A stretch of 53,238 nucleotides of DNA from an uncultured Clostridia bacterium (GTDB lineage: Bacteria; Bacillota; Clostridia; TANB77; CAG-508). The stretch covers positions 1 to 53,238 of the forward strand of contig CANQEX010000001.1 in assembly GCA_947596225.1 (NCBI GenBank), given 5' to 3'. The position numbers and the translations under genes are program-made. The notes beneath the pieces are model-generated. The model saw only the letters and a program-made list of their open reading frames with translations. It did no database searches and was not told where the DNA came from. This document shows positions 25,236 to 35,100 of this stretch, in pieces. Numbering within the stretch: the stretch's first letter is position 1; every line of letters starts with the position of its first letter.

Positions 25236-25661
25236 TTATAAAAATTTTTTTAATCTGTTTATATTATTTTCTTGAAGTCTAATAAAACCATTTAAAATAT
25301 CTTTTACACTTTGAGTTGCTTCAGGGCTTTGATTTAATAATTTAAATCCTTTAATAACTCCCATATCATAACCTTGAATTAATAATTCAGATAATTTTGT
25401 ATTTGAAGTATCTGTCATAGTATTCATTTGAATACCTGTCCATCCCATAACTTTTTGACTTATAGGAGTATCATCAGGTATTTCACCAATTTGAGAAAAA
25501 GCTTCATTAACTTTATTTAATGTTGTTTGATATGTGTTATATTGTGTACTTAATTCATCTTGAAATTCACTATCAGAGCTTTTTTTTGCTACTTCTTCTA
25601 AAGAAGACATTCCCATTGTAACTCCTTTATGAATTTCATTTAATATTGTTAAATCATCCAT
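25236..25661 (-). CDS. Small helical protein, possibly a four-helix-bundle (DUF2383/ferritin-like type); function unknown
   Basis: 141 aa, RBS ggaggt on the minus strand, helix-rich composition. The family assignment is a weak recollection. Confidence 0.5.
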   Translation of the reverse strand: MDDLTILNEIHKGVTMGMSSLEEVAKKSSDSEFQDELSTQYNTYQTTLNKVNEAFSQIGEIPDDTPISQKVMGWTGIQMNTMTDTSNTKLSELLIQGYDMGVIKGFKLLNQSPEATQSVKDILNGFIRLQENNINRLKKFL

Positions 25662-25806
25662 GTAAAAACCTCCATTCTATTTTTAAATATTATTTGCCAT
25701 AAAAAAATTAATATACAAATTTTTTCCAAATTTTATAAATTTAGCTTTAAATATTAAGAAAAATATATTATTATATGAGTAACGAATTTATTTTAGGAGA
25801 GATTAT

Positions 25807-28800
25807 ATGGAATGGACTAATGAACAAAAATCTGCTATATATGAGAAAGGTTCTAATATATTAGTTGCTGCTGCTGCAGGTAGTGGAAAAACAGCAGTGT
25901 TAGTAGAAAGAATTATTCAAAAAATTTTAAAAGATGGAATAGATATAGATAAATTATTGGTTGTTACTTTTACAAGTGCTGCAGCTTCAGAAATGCGTGA
26001 AAGAGTTTTAGAAGCAATTTATAAGAAAATGGATGAGGATCCTGAAAATGAAAATTTACAAAGGCAAGCTATACTTCTAGGAAAATCAAATATTTGTACA
26101 ATACATTCTTTTTGTTTAAATGTAATTAAAAATAATTTTTTTGAAATAGATTTACCATCTAGTTTTAGAATAGGAACAGGAGAAGAAATAAAACTTTTAA
26201 AACAAGAAGTTTTAGAAGATGTTTTTGAAAGTCTATATGAAGACGAAGATGAAGATTTTGCAAAATTAGTTGATACATATACAGGATATAGAGGTGATGA
26301 GCCTTTAAAGGAAATTGTTTTAAAGATTTTTGATTTTATGCAAAGTTCACCTTTTCCAAAAGAATGGTTAGAAGAAAAAGTGGAAATGTTTAAAAAAGTT
26401 GATAATCAAGATTTTGCTAAAAGCAAATGGGGAAAAGTTCTAATTAAAAATCTACAAGATGAAATTATTGATGCAATTAATAGTTTGAAAATTTTAAGAA
26501 ATAAACTTGAGATGGATTATGATTTAGAAAAGTATAAGTTAGTAATTGAAAAAGATTTAGAAAGATTAAAACAAGTATATGATGCTACAAATATTTCATG
26601 GGATTCGGCATTTAATGAAATAAATAAAGTAATATTTGAAAATTGGCCAAGAACTAAAAAAACAGATTTTGAAATCAAAGAAATTCAAAAGTCAAGAAAT
26701 GTAATAAAAACTAAATTAATAAAAATTATTAAATCAACACTTATATATAATTCAGAAAGTGCATATAACGATATTTATTCAATGTATGAAATATTAAATA
26801 ATTTAAAAAAAGTTATTTTTGAATTTGATAAAGAATTTAAAAATAGAAAAAAAGAAAAAAATATTGTTGATTTTAATGATATTGAACATTATGCTTTAAA
26901 AATTTTAGTAAAAAAAGATGAGAATGGAAAATATTGTCCTACAGATGTTGCAAAAAAATATCAAGAAAAATTTGAAGAAATTGCTATAGATGAGTATCAA
27001 GATAGTAATAAGGTACAAGAGTTTATATTAAATTCTGTTTCAAGAGGAAACAACATATTTATGGTAGGAGATATGAAACAAAGTATTTATAAATTCAGAC
27101 AAGCATGTTTAGATTTGTTTATAGAAAAATATGAAAAATATAGTTTAGATGGAAATGAACATGGTTTAAAAATACAACTTTTTAAAAATTTTAGAAGTAG
27201 ACAAAATGTTTTAAATGTTACAAATAGTATTTTTGAAACAATTATGAGTAAAGAATTAGGAGACATTAATTATAATGAAGAAGAATACTTAAATTATGGA
27301 GCAGATTTTGATGAAAATCATAAAAATATTTTAGATATTGCTGAACTAGATATTATTGATTTTAAAGAAGAGAGTATTGAAGCATGGAAAAATGAAACTG
27401 ATGAAAACTATGAGGAAAGTGAAGAAATAAAACAACTTGAAAAAGAAGAAGTAGAAGCTAAATTTGTTGCAAAAAGAATTAAAGAAATTATAAATTCAAA
27501 AGTTCAAGTAAAAGATAAAAGAAAAGGTTATAGAAATGTAACATATAAAGATATTGTTATTTTACTTCGTTCAACTGCCAAAAGTGCACCTATTTATGAA
27601 AAAGAATTAATAAAGAGTAATATTCCTGTTTTTACAGATGCTTCAAGTGAATATTTAGATACTATTGAAATACAAAGTATTATAAGTGTTTTAAAAATAT
27701 TAGATAATCCAATAGATGATATTAGCTTAGTTTCTGTGTTACGTTCAGAAATTGGAGGATTTACAGATAATGAAATTGTTGAAATAAGGTTATGTGATAG
27801 AAATACTAGTTTTTATAATAGTTTACTTTTAGCAAAAGAAAAATTGGATGGTGATATAAAAGAAAAAATTATAAAATTTTTAGATGATATAGATGAATGG
27901 AGAAAACAAAGTGATTATTTATCACTGTCAGAATTAATATGGAAAATATATACAGATACTGGATTTTATAATTATGTTGGACTTATGCCAAATGGTGCTT
28001 TGAGGCAGGCAAATTTAAAAATGTTATTTGAAAGAGCTAAAGAATACGAAAAAACAAGTTTTAAAGGATTATTTAATTTTATAATGTTTGTAGAAAATTT
28101 AAAAAATGGAAGTGGAGATATGTCTTCTGCAAAAATTATAGGAGAAAATGAAAATGTTGTCAGAATAATGAGTATACATAAAAGTAAAGGCTTAGAATTT
28201 CCAATTGTATTTTTAAGTGGAACTTCAAAAAATATAAATCTTCAAGAATTTAAAGAAAGTATTTTACTGCATCAAGACTTAGGAATAGGACCACAATATA
28301 TAAATTATGAAAAAATGATAGAATATTCTACATCAGCAAAAGATGCAATAAAAATTTTATATAAAGAAGAAGCAATATCAGAAGAAATGAGAATTTTATA
28401 TGTTGCTTTAACTAGAGCTAAAGAAAAACTTATAATAACTGGTACTATAAAAAATTATGAGGAGAATATTAATAGTAAAAAAGAACTTTTAGAGGTTTAT
28501 AAATATAGTGGTGAAAAAATAAATCCAATATTATTAAAAAAATATATATCTTATATGGATTGGATATTATTAGTTATTCTTAATAACAAATTAAAAAATT
28601 TAATTAATATTAATAAATATTATAAAAAAGATATAATAAATAAAAATGAAGGTAAAAAAACAGATATAAGAAAATTTGATTTTGACAAAAAAATAGATAT
28701 AGAAAAATATGATAAAGATTTTAATTGGAAATATAGTAAAGAATTATCAACTAAACTTCCAATAAAAAGTACGGTTAGTAAAATAAAAGAAATTGAAAAT

Positions 28801-29397
28801 GAAAGTATTGATTTAGAAAGATTATATAATAAAGAAATTGGAATTGAAAAAATTACACCAAACTTTATGGAAAAAGATGAAAAAATAACTGCTAGTAAAA
28901 AAGGTACTTTAATGCATTTATTTTTACAGCAAATAGATTTTTCAAAAGAATATACATATCAAGATTTAGAAAATTTGAAACAAATATTGATAAAAACAAA
29001 AAAAATAACAGAACAAGAAAGTAAATTTATAAATTTGCAAAAGGTAATAATGTTTTTAAATTCAAAATTAGCAATTAAAATAAAAAATGCAAAAATAGTT
29101 GAAAAAGAAAAAGCATTTTGTAGAGAAATGCTTGCGAAAGAGATTTTTGAAGATGCTACAGATGAAACTATTTTAGTACAAGGTATAATAGACTTATATG
29201 CAATAACTCAAGATGATAATATTATATTATTAGATTACAAAACTGATTTTGTTGAAAATGAAGAAACATTAATAAAAAAATATTATAACCAATTAAAAAT
29301 ATATAAACAAGCATTAGAAGAGGCTTTAAATAAAAAAGTGGAAGAAATATATATTTATTCATTATATCTTAATAAAGAATTAAAAATTAATGTATAA
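25807..29397 (+). CDS. addA: ATP-dependent helicase/nuclease subunit A (AddA/RexA type)
   Basis: WTNEQKSAI..ILVAAAAGSGKTAVLVERI (UvrD-type helicase motif I). 1196 aa. C-terminal RecB-family nuclease motif VQGIIDLYA..ILLDYKTD. RBS aggagag. Confidence 0.9.
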   Translation: MEWTNEQKSAIYEKGSNILVAAAAGSGKTAVLVERIIQKILKDGIDIDKLLVVTFTSAAASEMRERVLEAIYKKMDEDPENENLQRQAILLGKSNICTIHSFCLNVIKNNFFEIDLPSSFRIGTGEEIKLLKQEVLEDVFESLYEDEDEDFAKLVDTYTGYRGDEPLKEIVLKIFDFMQSSPFPKEWLEEKVEMFKKVDNQDFAKSKWGKVLIKNLQDEIIDAINSLKILRNKLEMDYDLEKYKLVIEKDLERLKQVYDATNISWDSAFNEINKVIFENWPRTKKTDFEIKEIQKSRNVIKTKLIKIIKSTLIYNSESAYNDIYSMYEILNNLKKVIFEFDKEFKNRKKEKNIVDFNDIEHYALKILVKKDENGKYCPTDVAKKYQEKFEEIAIDEYQDSNKVQEFILNSVSRGNNIFMVGDMKQSIYKFRQACLDLFIEKYEKYSLDGNEHGLKIQLFKNFRSRQNVLNVTNSIFETIMSKELGDINYNEEEYLNYGADFDENHKNILDIAELDIIDFKEESIEAWKNETDENYEESEEIKQLEKEEVEAKFVAKRIKEIINSKVQVKDKRKGYRNVTYKDIVILLRSTAKSAPIYEKELIKSNIPVFTDASSEYLDTIEIQSIISVLKILDNPIDDISLVSVLRSEIGGFTDNEIVEIRLCDRNTSFYNSLLLAKEKLDGDIKEKIIKFLDDIDEWRKQSDYLSLSELIWKIYTDTGFYNYVGLMPNGALRQANLKMLFERAKEYEKTSFKGLFNFIMFVENLKNGSGDMSSAKIIGENENVVRIMSIHKSKGLEFPIVFLSGTSKNINLQEFKESILLHQDLGIGPQYINYEKMIEYSTSAKDAIKILYKEEAISEEMRILYVALTRAKEKLIITGTIKNYEENINSKKELLEVYKYSGEKINPILLKKYISYMDWILLVILNNKLKNLININKYYKKDIINKNEGKKTDIRKFDFDKKIDIEKYDKDFNWKYSKELSTKLPIKSTVSKIKEIENESIDLERLYNKEIGIEKITPNFMEKDEKITASKKGTLMHLFLQQIDFSKEYTYQDLENLKQILIKTKKITEQESKFINLQKVIMFLNSKLAIKIKNAKIVEKEKAFCREMLAKEIFEDATDETILVQGIIDLYAITQDDNIILLDYKTDFVENEETLIKKYYNQLKIYKQALEEALNKKVEEIYIYSLYLNKELKINV

Positions 29398-29485
29398 AAG
29401 TAAGCAAAATACTTGCAAATATTTACAAAATCTGTATTTAAGTGTATAATATAAAATATAAATGTAAATAAAAGGGGAAAATAAT

Positions 29486-30145
29486 ATGAAAAGAATGAGA
29501 ACTTTTTTTCTATATGCTTTAGGAATTGTTGGTTTTATTTTTTTATCCTACATATTAGAAGATGGTCTGATTTCAGGTATGTATAAAGAATTAAATAAGG
29601 AAAATTCATCTGTTTCATCGTCAGAAGATTTATTAATAACAGATGTATCTGCTAAAGCCTCATATATGAATGGTTATATGAATTTTAAACTTACAAATAA
29701 TTCAAACAAGCAAAGTGATAAATTTTTGAAAATTGAATTATTTAGTAAACAAGGATTACTAGCAGTTACAGACTATGTTCCAATAACAGATTTAGATTCA
29801 GGAAATACCAAAAATTATGAAGTAAAGTTTAAAGGAAATGATATAGATAGTTATAAATTATCTGTAGTAGATGAAGTACCTGATAAAAGTAATATTATAA
29901 ATATTTTTGGTTGGGAAGTAGATTTAAGTGATGTCTTTGGAATGGATTTGACTAATGCTACAATATTTGGTGTTAAATTATCTGAAATATTTAAGTGGGA
30001 TAATTTAAAAACTGCAGGAGGAAATGCTTGGTCTTGGACAAAAAATTTATTAGCATCAGTACCTTGGTGGGGGTATGCTATCGCTTCAGGAATAATTTTA
30101 TGGTATATGCCAGTTGGATATTTATTTGGAATTTTCCCATTATAA
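29486..30145 (+). CDS. Hypothetical membrane protein (N-terminal and C-terminal TM segments)
   Basis: 219 aa, RBS aaagggg, TM at FFLYALGIVGFIFLSYIL and WWGYAIASGIILWYMPVGYLFGIF. Confidence 0.65.
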   Translation: MKRMRTFFLYALGIVGFIFLSYILEDGLISGMYKELNKENSSVSSSEDLLITDVSAKASYMNGYMNFKLTNNSNKQSDKFLKIELFSKQGLLAVTDYVPITDLDSGNTKNYEVKFKGNDIDSYKLSVVDEVPDKSNIINIFGWEVDLSDVFGMDLTNATIFGVKLSEIFKWDNLKTAGGNAWSWTKNLLASVPWWGYAIASGIILWYMPVGYLFGIFPL

Positions 30146-30154
30146 AAATATATT

Positions 30155-30187
30155 TAGAGTCAACAATAAGGTTGACTCTATTTTTTT
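30155..30187 (+). terminator. Intrinsic terminator
   Basis: tagagtcaac aataag gttgactcta followed by ttttttt. Confidence 0.8.
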
Positions 30188-30251
30188 CTTGATAAAAAAA
30201 ATCAATTAATATATAATAATTTTGAGAATTAAAAAAGGAGAAAATAATTTT

Positions 30252-31073
30252 ATGTTAAATGATATAGAATTACAAAATTTTAAAAATATAGCACATAATG
30301 TAAGGCAAAGTATAATTGAAATGGTATATAATGCAAAATCAGGTCATCCAGGAGGTTCTTTATCAATAACAGATATATTAACAGTTTTATATTTTAAAGA
30401 AATGAATATAGCCAGTCCAGATGATGAAAATAGAGATAGATTAGTTTTATCAAAAGGGCATTGTTCAACAGCATTATATGCTATATTAGCAGAAAAAGGT
30501 TTTATACCAAAAGAAGATTTAAAAACTTTTAGAAAAATTGATAGTTATTTGCAAGGGCATCCTGATATGAATAAAATTCCAGGGGTTGATATGACAACAG
30601 GTTCATTAGGCCAAGGTTTATCTGTTTCAAATGGTATGGCAATAGCTGGTAAATTAGATAAGAAAGATTATAGAGTGTATTGCATATTAGGAGATGGAGA
30701 AATAGAAGAAGGACAAATATGGGAATCAGCAATGACATCAGCTCATTATAAACTAGATAATCTTTGTGTTATTGTAGATAATAATAATTTACAGATAGAT
30801 GGAAAAATTGAAGAAGTTATGAATTCAATTCCTATAGATAAAAAATTTGAAAGTTTTGGATTTAATACAATAGTAATTAATGGACATGATTATAATCAAA
30901 TATTAGATGCATTTGAAATAGCAAAACAAACAAAAGGAAAACCTACTGCAATAATTGCTAAAACAATAAAAGGAAAAGGAATTTCTTATATGGAAAATAA
31001 AGTAGAATGGCATGGTAAAGCTCCAAATGATGATGAATATAAATTAGCAATACAAGACTTAATGAATATATAG
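30252..31073 (+). CDS. Transketolase, N-terminal (TPP-binding) subunit
   Basis: SGHPGGSLS, LSKGH, GSLGQGLS, ILGDGEIEEGQIWE, DNN motifs. ATG 30252 follows aaggag (the track's TTG 30222 is unlikely). Confidence 0.9.
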   Translation: MLNDIELQNFKNIAHNVRQSIIEMVYNAKSGHPGGSLSITDILTVLYFKEMNIASPDDENRDRLVLSKGHCSTALYAILAEKGFIPKEDLKTFRKIDSYLQGHPDMNKIPGVDMTTGSLGQGLSVSNGMAIAGKLDKKDYRVYCILGDGEIEEGQIWESAMTSAHYKLDNLCVIVDNNNLQIDGKIEEVMNSIPIDKKFESFGFNTIVINGHDYNQILDAFEIAKQTKGKPTAIIAKTIKGKGISYMENKVEWHGKAPNDDEYKLAIQDLMNI

Positions 31074-31082
31074 GAGGGAAAG

Positions 31083-32021
31083 ATGGATATTAATAATAAA
31101 AAGGCAACCAGACAAAGTTATGGGGAAGCTTTAGTTGAACTTGGAAAAATAAATGAAAATATAGTTGTTTTAGATGCAGATTTAGCAGAAGCAACAAAAA
31201 CAAAATTATTTAAAGAAGAATTTCCAGATAGATTTTTTGATATGGGAATAGCAGAACAAGATATGATTAGTACTTCTGCAGGACTTGCAACATGTGGAAA
31301 AATACCTTTTGCAACTTCATTTGCTGTATTTGCTACTGGAAGAGCATATGATCAAATAAGAAATAATATATGTTATCCGAATTTAAATGTTAAAATTTGT
31401 GGAACACATGCTGGAATAACAGTTGGAGAAGATGGAGCAACACATCAAATGCTTGAAGATATAAACATAATGAGAGGACTACCAAATATGATTGTTATGA
31501 GTCCTTCAGATGATATTCAAACTAAATGGGCAGTGAAAGAAGCTAGTAAAATAAAAGGACCTGTTTATATAAGAGTTGCTAGACTTGCAACTCCTATAAT
31601 ATATGATGAAAAAACAGAATTTGAAGTTGGTAAAGCAGTTATGTTTGGTGAAGGTAAAGATGCTACAATATTTGCAACAGGAACAATGGTAGCAGAAGCA
31701 TTAAAAGCAAAAGAAGAATTAGAAAAAGAAAATATATTTGTAAGAGTTGTAGATTTTCATACAATTAAACCAATAGATAAAGAAATAATTATAAAATGTG
31801 CTAAAGAAACTAAAAAACTTATTTCAATAGAAGAACATAATATCATTGGAGGCTTAGGAACAGCAATTTCAGAAGTATTAGTGGAAAATTACCCTAAAAA
31901 TTTAGTTAGGATGGGAATGAAAGATTGTTTTGGAAAATCTGGTAATGCAATAAAACTGTTAGAATATTTTAAATTAACAAGTAAAGATATTATAAAAATA
32001 GTTTCACAATTTTCAGATTAA
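31083..32021 (+). CDS. Transketolase, C-terminal (pyrimidine-binding) subunit
   Basis: FFDMGIAEQDM, GATHQMLEDI, HTIKPID. 312 aa. Starts 9 nt after the N-terminal subunit gene. Confidence 0.9.
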   Translation: MDINNKKATRQSYGEALVELGKINENIVVLDADLAEATKTKLFKEEFPDRFFDMGIAEQDMISTSAGLATCGKIPFATSFAVFATGRAYDQIRNNICYPNLNVKICGTHAGITVGEDGATHQMLEDINIMRGLPNMIVMSPSDDIQTKWAVKEASKIKGPVYIRVARLATPIIYDEKTEFEVGKAVMFGEGKDATIFATGTMVAEALKAKEELEKENIFVRVVDFHTIKPIDKEIIIKCAKETKKLISIEEHNIIGGLGTAISEVLVENYPKNLVRMGMKDCFGKSGNAIKLLEYFKLTSKDIIKIVSQFSD

Positions 32022-32070
32022 ATATTATTTAATTTTATCTTTAAATTTAGAAGTTTTTAAGTTAAGTATA

Positions 32071-32100
32071 TTGAAAAAAAGACAATAAAAATGATATAAT
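32071..32100 (+). promoter_or_regulatory. Candidate extended -10 sigma-A promoter of giant gene 1
   Basis: TTGAAA (32071-32076), an 18-nt spacer ending TGa, TATAAT (32095-32100). Confidence 0.5.
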
Positions 32101-32143
32101 ATAAATAGAATTTTTATTTTTTGAAGAAAAGGGATAAATAATT

Positions 32144-35100
32144 ATGAATGAAGATGAAGAATTAAATGAAGATACTTCTTCTCAAGACAATGAATCTAGT
32201 TCTAGCAATAGTTTTACACAAAAAGCTGCACAAAAGGGCATGGAAAAAGCTAGAAAACAGGTTACAAAAAAAGCTACTAAAACTGCTGCAAAAGCAGCTA
32301 AAGCAGGTTCTAAAATGGCATCTTTAGGCCCTATTTTAGTATATGTAATTATAGCAATAGTTATAATTATTGTATTTGTAGGTATAATTATGTTTTTAAT
32401 AACTATGCCTGGTATGGTTATGGAAAAAATAAAACAATTAGGCAAAGCCATTGGAGATGTTTTACTAGAGATTTTTGGAGTTGATAAAACTTTAGATGTA
32501 GATGATAATACTATATATACAACTTTAGATTATTTAGAAGAAATGGGGTATGATTTAAAAGGTTTTGGTTTTTTAACTGATTATATAACAACAGAAGAAC
32601 AAGCAAAAAGTGTTAACAAAAATATTAAAAATGAAGATGGATTAAAGATTGATAAAGAAGAAGGTGTAGCTAAAAATAATGATGGTAAAATAATATCAGC
32701 TAAAAGTGATTTTATATATAATTATCTTGTTTCTGATAATTATGTTTACACCTTAAAAAATGAGAATCATGTTTCTGGTGATGGAACAGGAGGATTTTTC
32801 AATGGAGCAGTAGGGTTACTTGAAAGCATAGTAGATTTTGTATTTAATGGTGAATTAAAAGATCATTGGTCAAGAGGTTTTATAGCAATATATAAAGATA
32901 ATGGAATATTGGGAAATCCAGCAGGAACTTTCTTTAATGATTCAGCATTTAAGTTGGGAGATTATGTTGATATTAATCCAGAAGCAAAAACATTAGAAAT
33001 AAAAAAGGGTGTTTTAGGAAATGCTATGACATATAAATTAGAGGGTTGGACTGGTAGATATGGAATGCCTGTAGACTTCTTATTATCAGTTCATTTAGCA
33101 ACAATGATGCCAGATTTAGCATATGATATGGCAACTACTTTTAATACACAGTTATATTTATTATTACATCCAATAGGAGGAGGAAATTCAGCAACTGCTG
33201 TAGGATACTATAAAGGTGTCTCATATGATACCCTAGCTAAAGATACAGGTAGTGGTGTTACAGGGGTACTTAATAGGTGGCGTGTAAGTAGAGAAGAAGG
33301 TTATAATTTATTTAAAAATAATCCAAGCCTAGAAAGTCCAGCTGATTGTATAGGACCAGAAAATGAGAGATATGAAGCACCAGTTGTTGCAGAACCACCA
33401 GCAGATTTTGATGAAAATGTTATTGGTGGTAATACTTATGATATTTCAACAACAGATACTAATTATCAAACTCAAGCTGTAAATAGATTTAATACAATGA
33501 TAGATAATTTTAAAAATTATGGGTGTACAGAAAATAAAATATCAACATTTAGTGAATTTGAGAGTTTATTAACTAAAGAAGAAAATAAAACAACATATGA
33601 AAGAACAGCTGGTTCAACTTATAATGGTGGTGGAGACTATGAAAAAAAAGAAGTGCCTTTAGAAGAAGGAGAAATTATAGCATCTTGTAATCAACCTATA
33701 AGTTGGACAGGAAAAGCACCAGCACCAAATAGTGATGAAAATTGTACATATATGACTACAATTAATATTATTTATGAAAATTATAGTGCAAAAGATGAAG
33801 AAGGTACTGATATTTCAAAAAATTATATTAGAATTACATACAAACCAATAACTAGAAGTGAGACAGAAAGTGAGATAAAAGCAGAAATAGAAAGTAAAAA
33901 AGAAAAATTAAGAGCAGAAGGAAAAACAGAAGAAGAGATTGCAGGTATGTCTGATGATGAAATTTTAGCAAACATATCTTGTAGCACTGCTGCAAGAGGA
34001 GAGGATAGTGGAGACTATACTGGATGTTGTGATGTTTGTAGAGCTTATTTACAAAAAATATATAATATTGTAAGTGCTGTTGATGTAAGTAATTTTCAAA
34101 TGTATCAACCATATATTTCTTCTGTAGAGGATCATTGGTATAGAGATGTTTATTTTGTAGCTGCTGATGCTAATGAAGAATTTATTGATTTAGATTATGA
34201 ATATGAAGCTGTTATGAAAGAAAGATGGACTTTATACGAAACATATACAGATTCAGGAAGTGGTTATAAAAATAATCCTAGTAGAGCTGGTGATTATATA
34301 TTATATGCTGTTGATAAAAATGGTGATTATGCAACTAAAAAAAGAGATATAGAAAATGCTAGTAAAACAAATAAAATAAAACAAGCAGGTAAATATTTTA
34401 TATATGATGGAACACAGGAAGAAGCAAATACTGAAGAAATAAAAGTAGCAAAAAAAGCAATAACAAGCAAAATATCTGATAATAAGGATGAGTTATCTTG
34501 GAATGATGTTGGAAATAATATGTTGTCAGCATATAAATTAGAAAATGTAAGTACTACAACAAAACAACAAGCTTTTGAAGGTATAACTGAAGGGGATGAT
34601 GACTATGATATTAAAAAAGATGTATCTGTAGAAATAACTCTTTCAGAAAACATTGTACAAACAGGAGAAGGACAAAGAACAGAAACTAATCCTGAAATAA
34701 AGAAAATGTTTTTAAACAATACATATTTTAGATATGATGGAAGTCAAGAAACTGCTGAAGCAATAACAAAATTAAGAAATAATAATAACTTGAATTATGG
34801 ACCATTAAATGAAGGTCAAGGAGGAAAAACACTAAATTCTATTTTGAAGTTAAAAACAACAATAGGTGAAGGTGACAATAAAAAAGAATATACTGTATCA
34901 GATGTTTCAGGACAAGTAAATTTAAATCAAGATTCATTAAATGCGTTTAGTATGTTAGAAAACACTCATACACTTGATGCAGATTATATATATAAAGATT
35001 TTAAAGAATTAATAGTAGAATTAGGATATTTTGATAAAGAAGAATTAACAGATGAAACTCCTAAATTATTACAATTTCCAATTCCAGAGATAGGTTCATA

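Noticed and set aside
32182-32451. Hydrophobic minus-strand ORF opposite the N-terminus of giant gene 1, mirrored by 38673-39131 opposite giant gene 2. The conservation of the pair looked like evidence for a real antisense gene.
   Set aside because: The conservation is fully explained by the duplication of the sense genes. The hydrophobicity is the complement of the Lys/Ala-rich and TM-coding sense sequence. No start context or promoter is seen on the minus strand.
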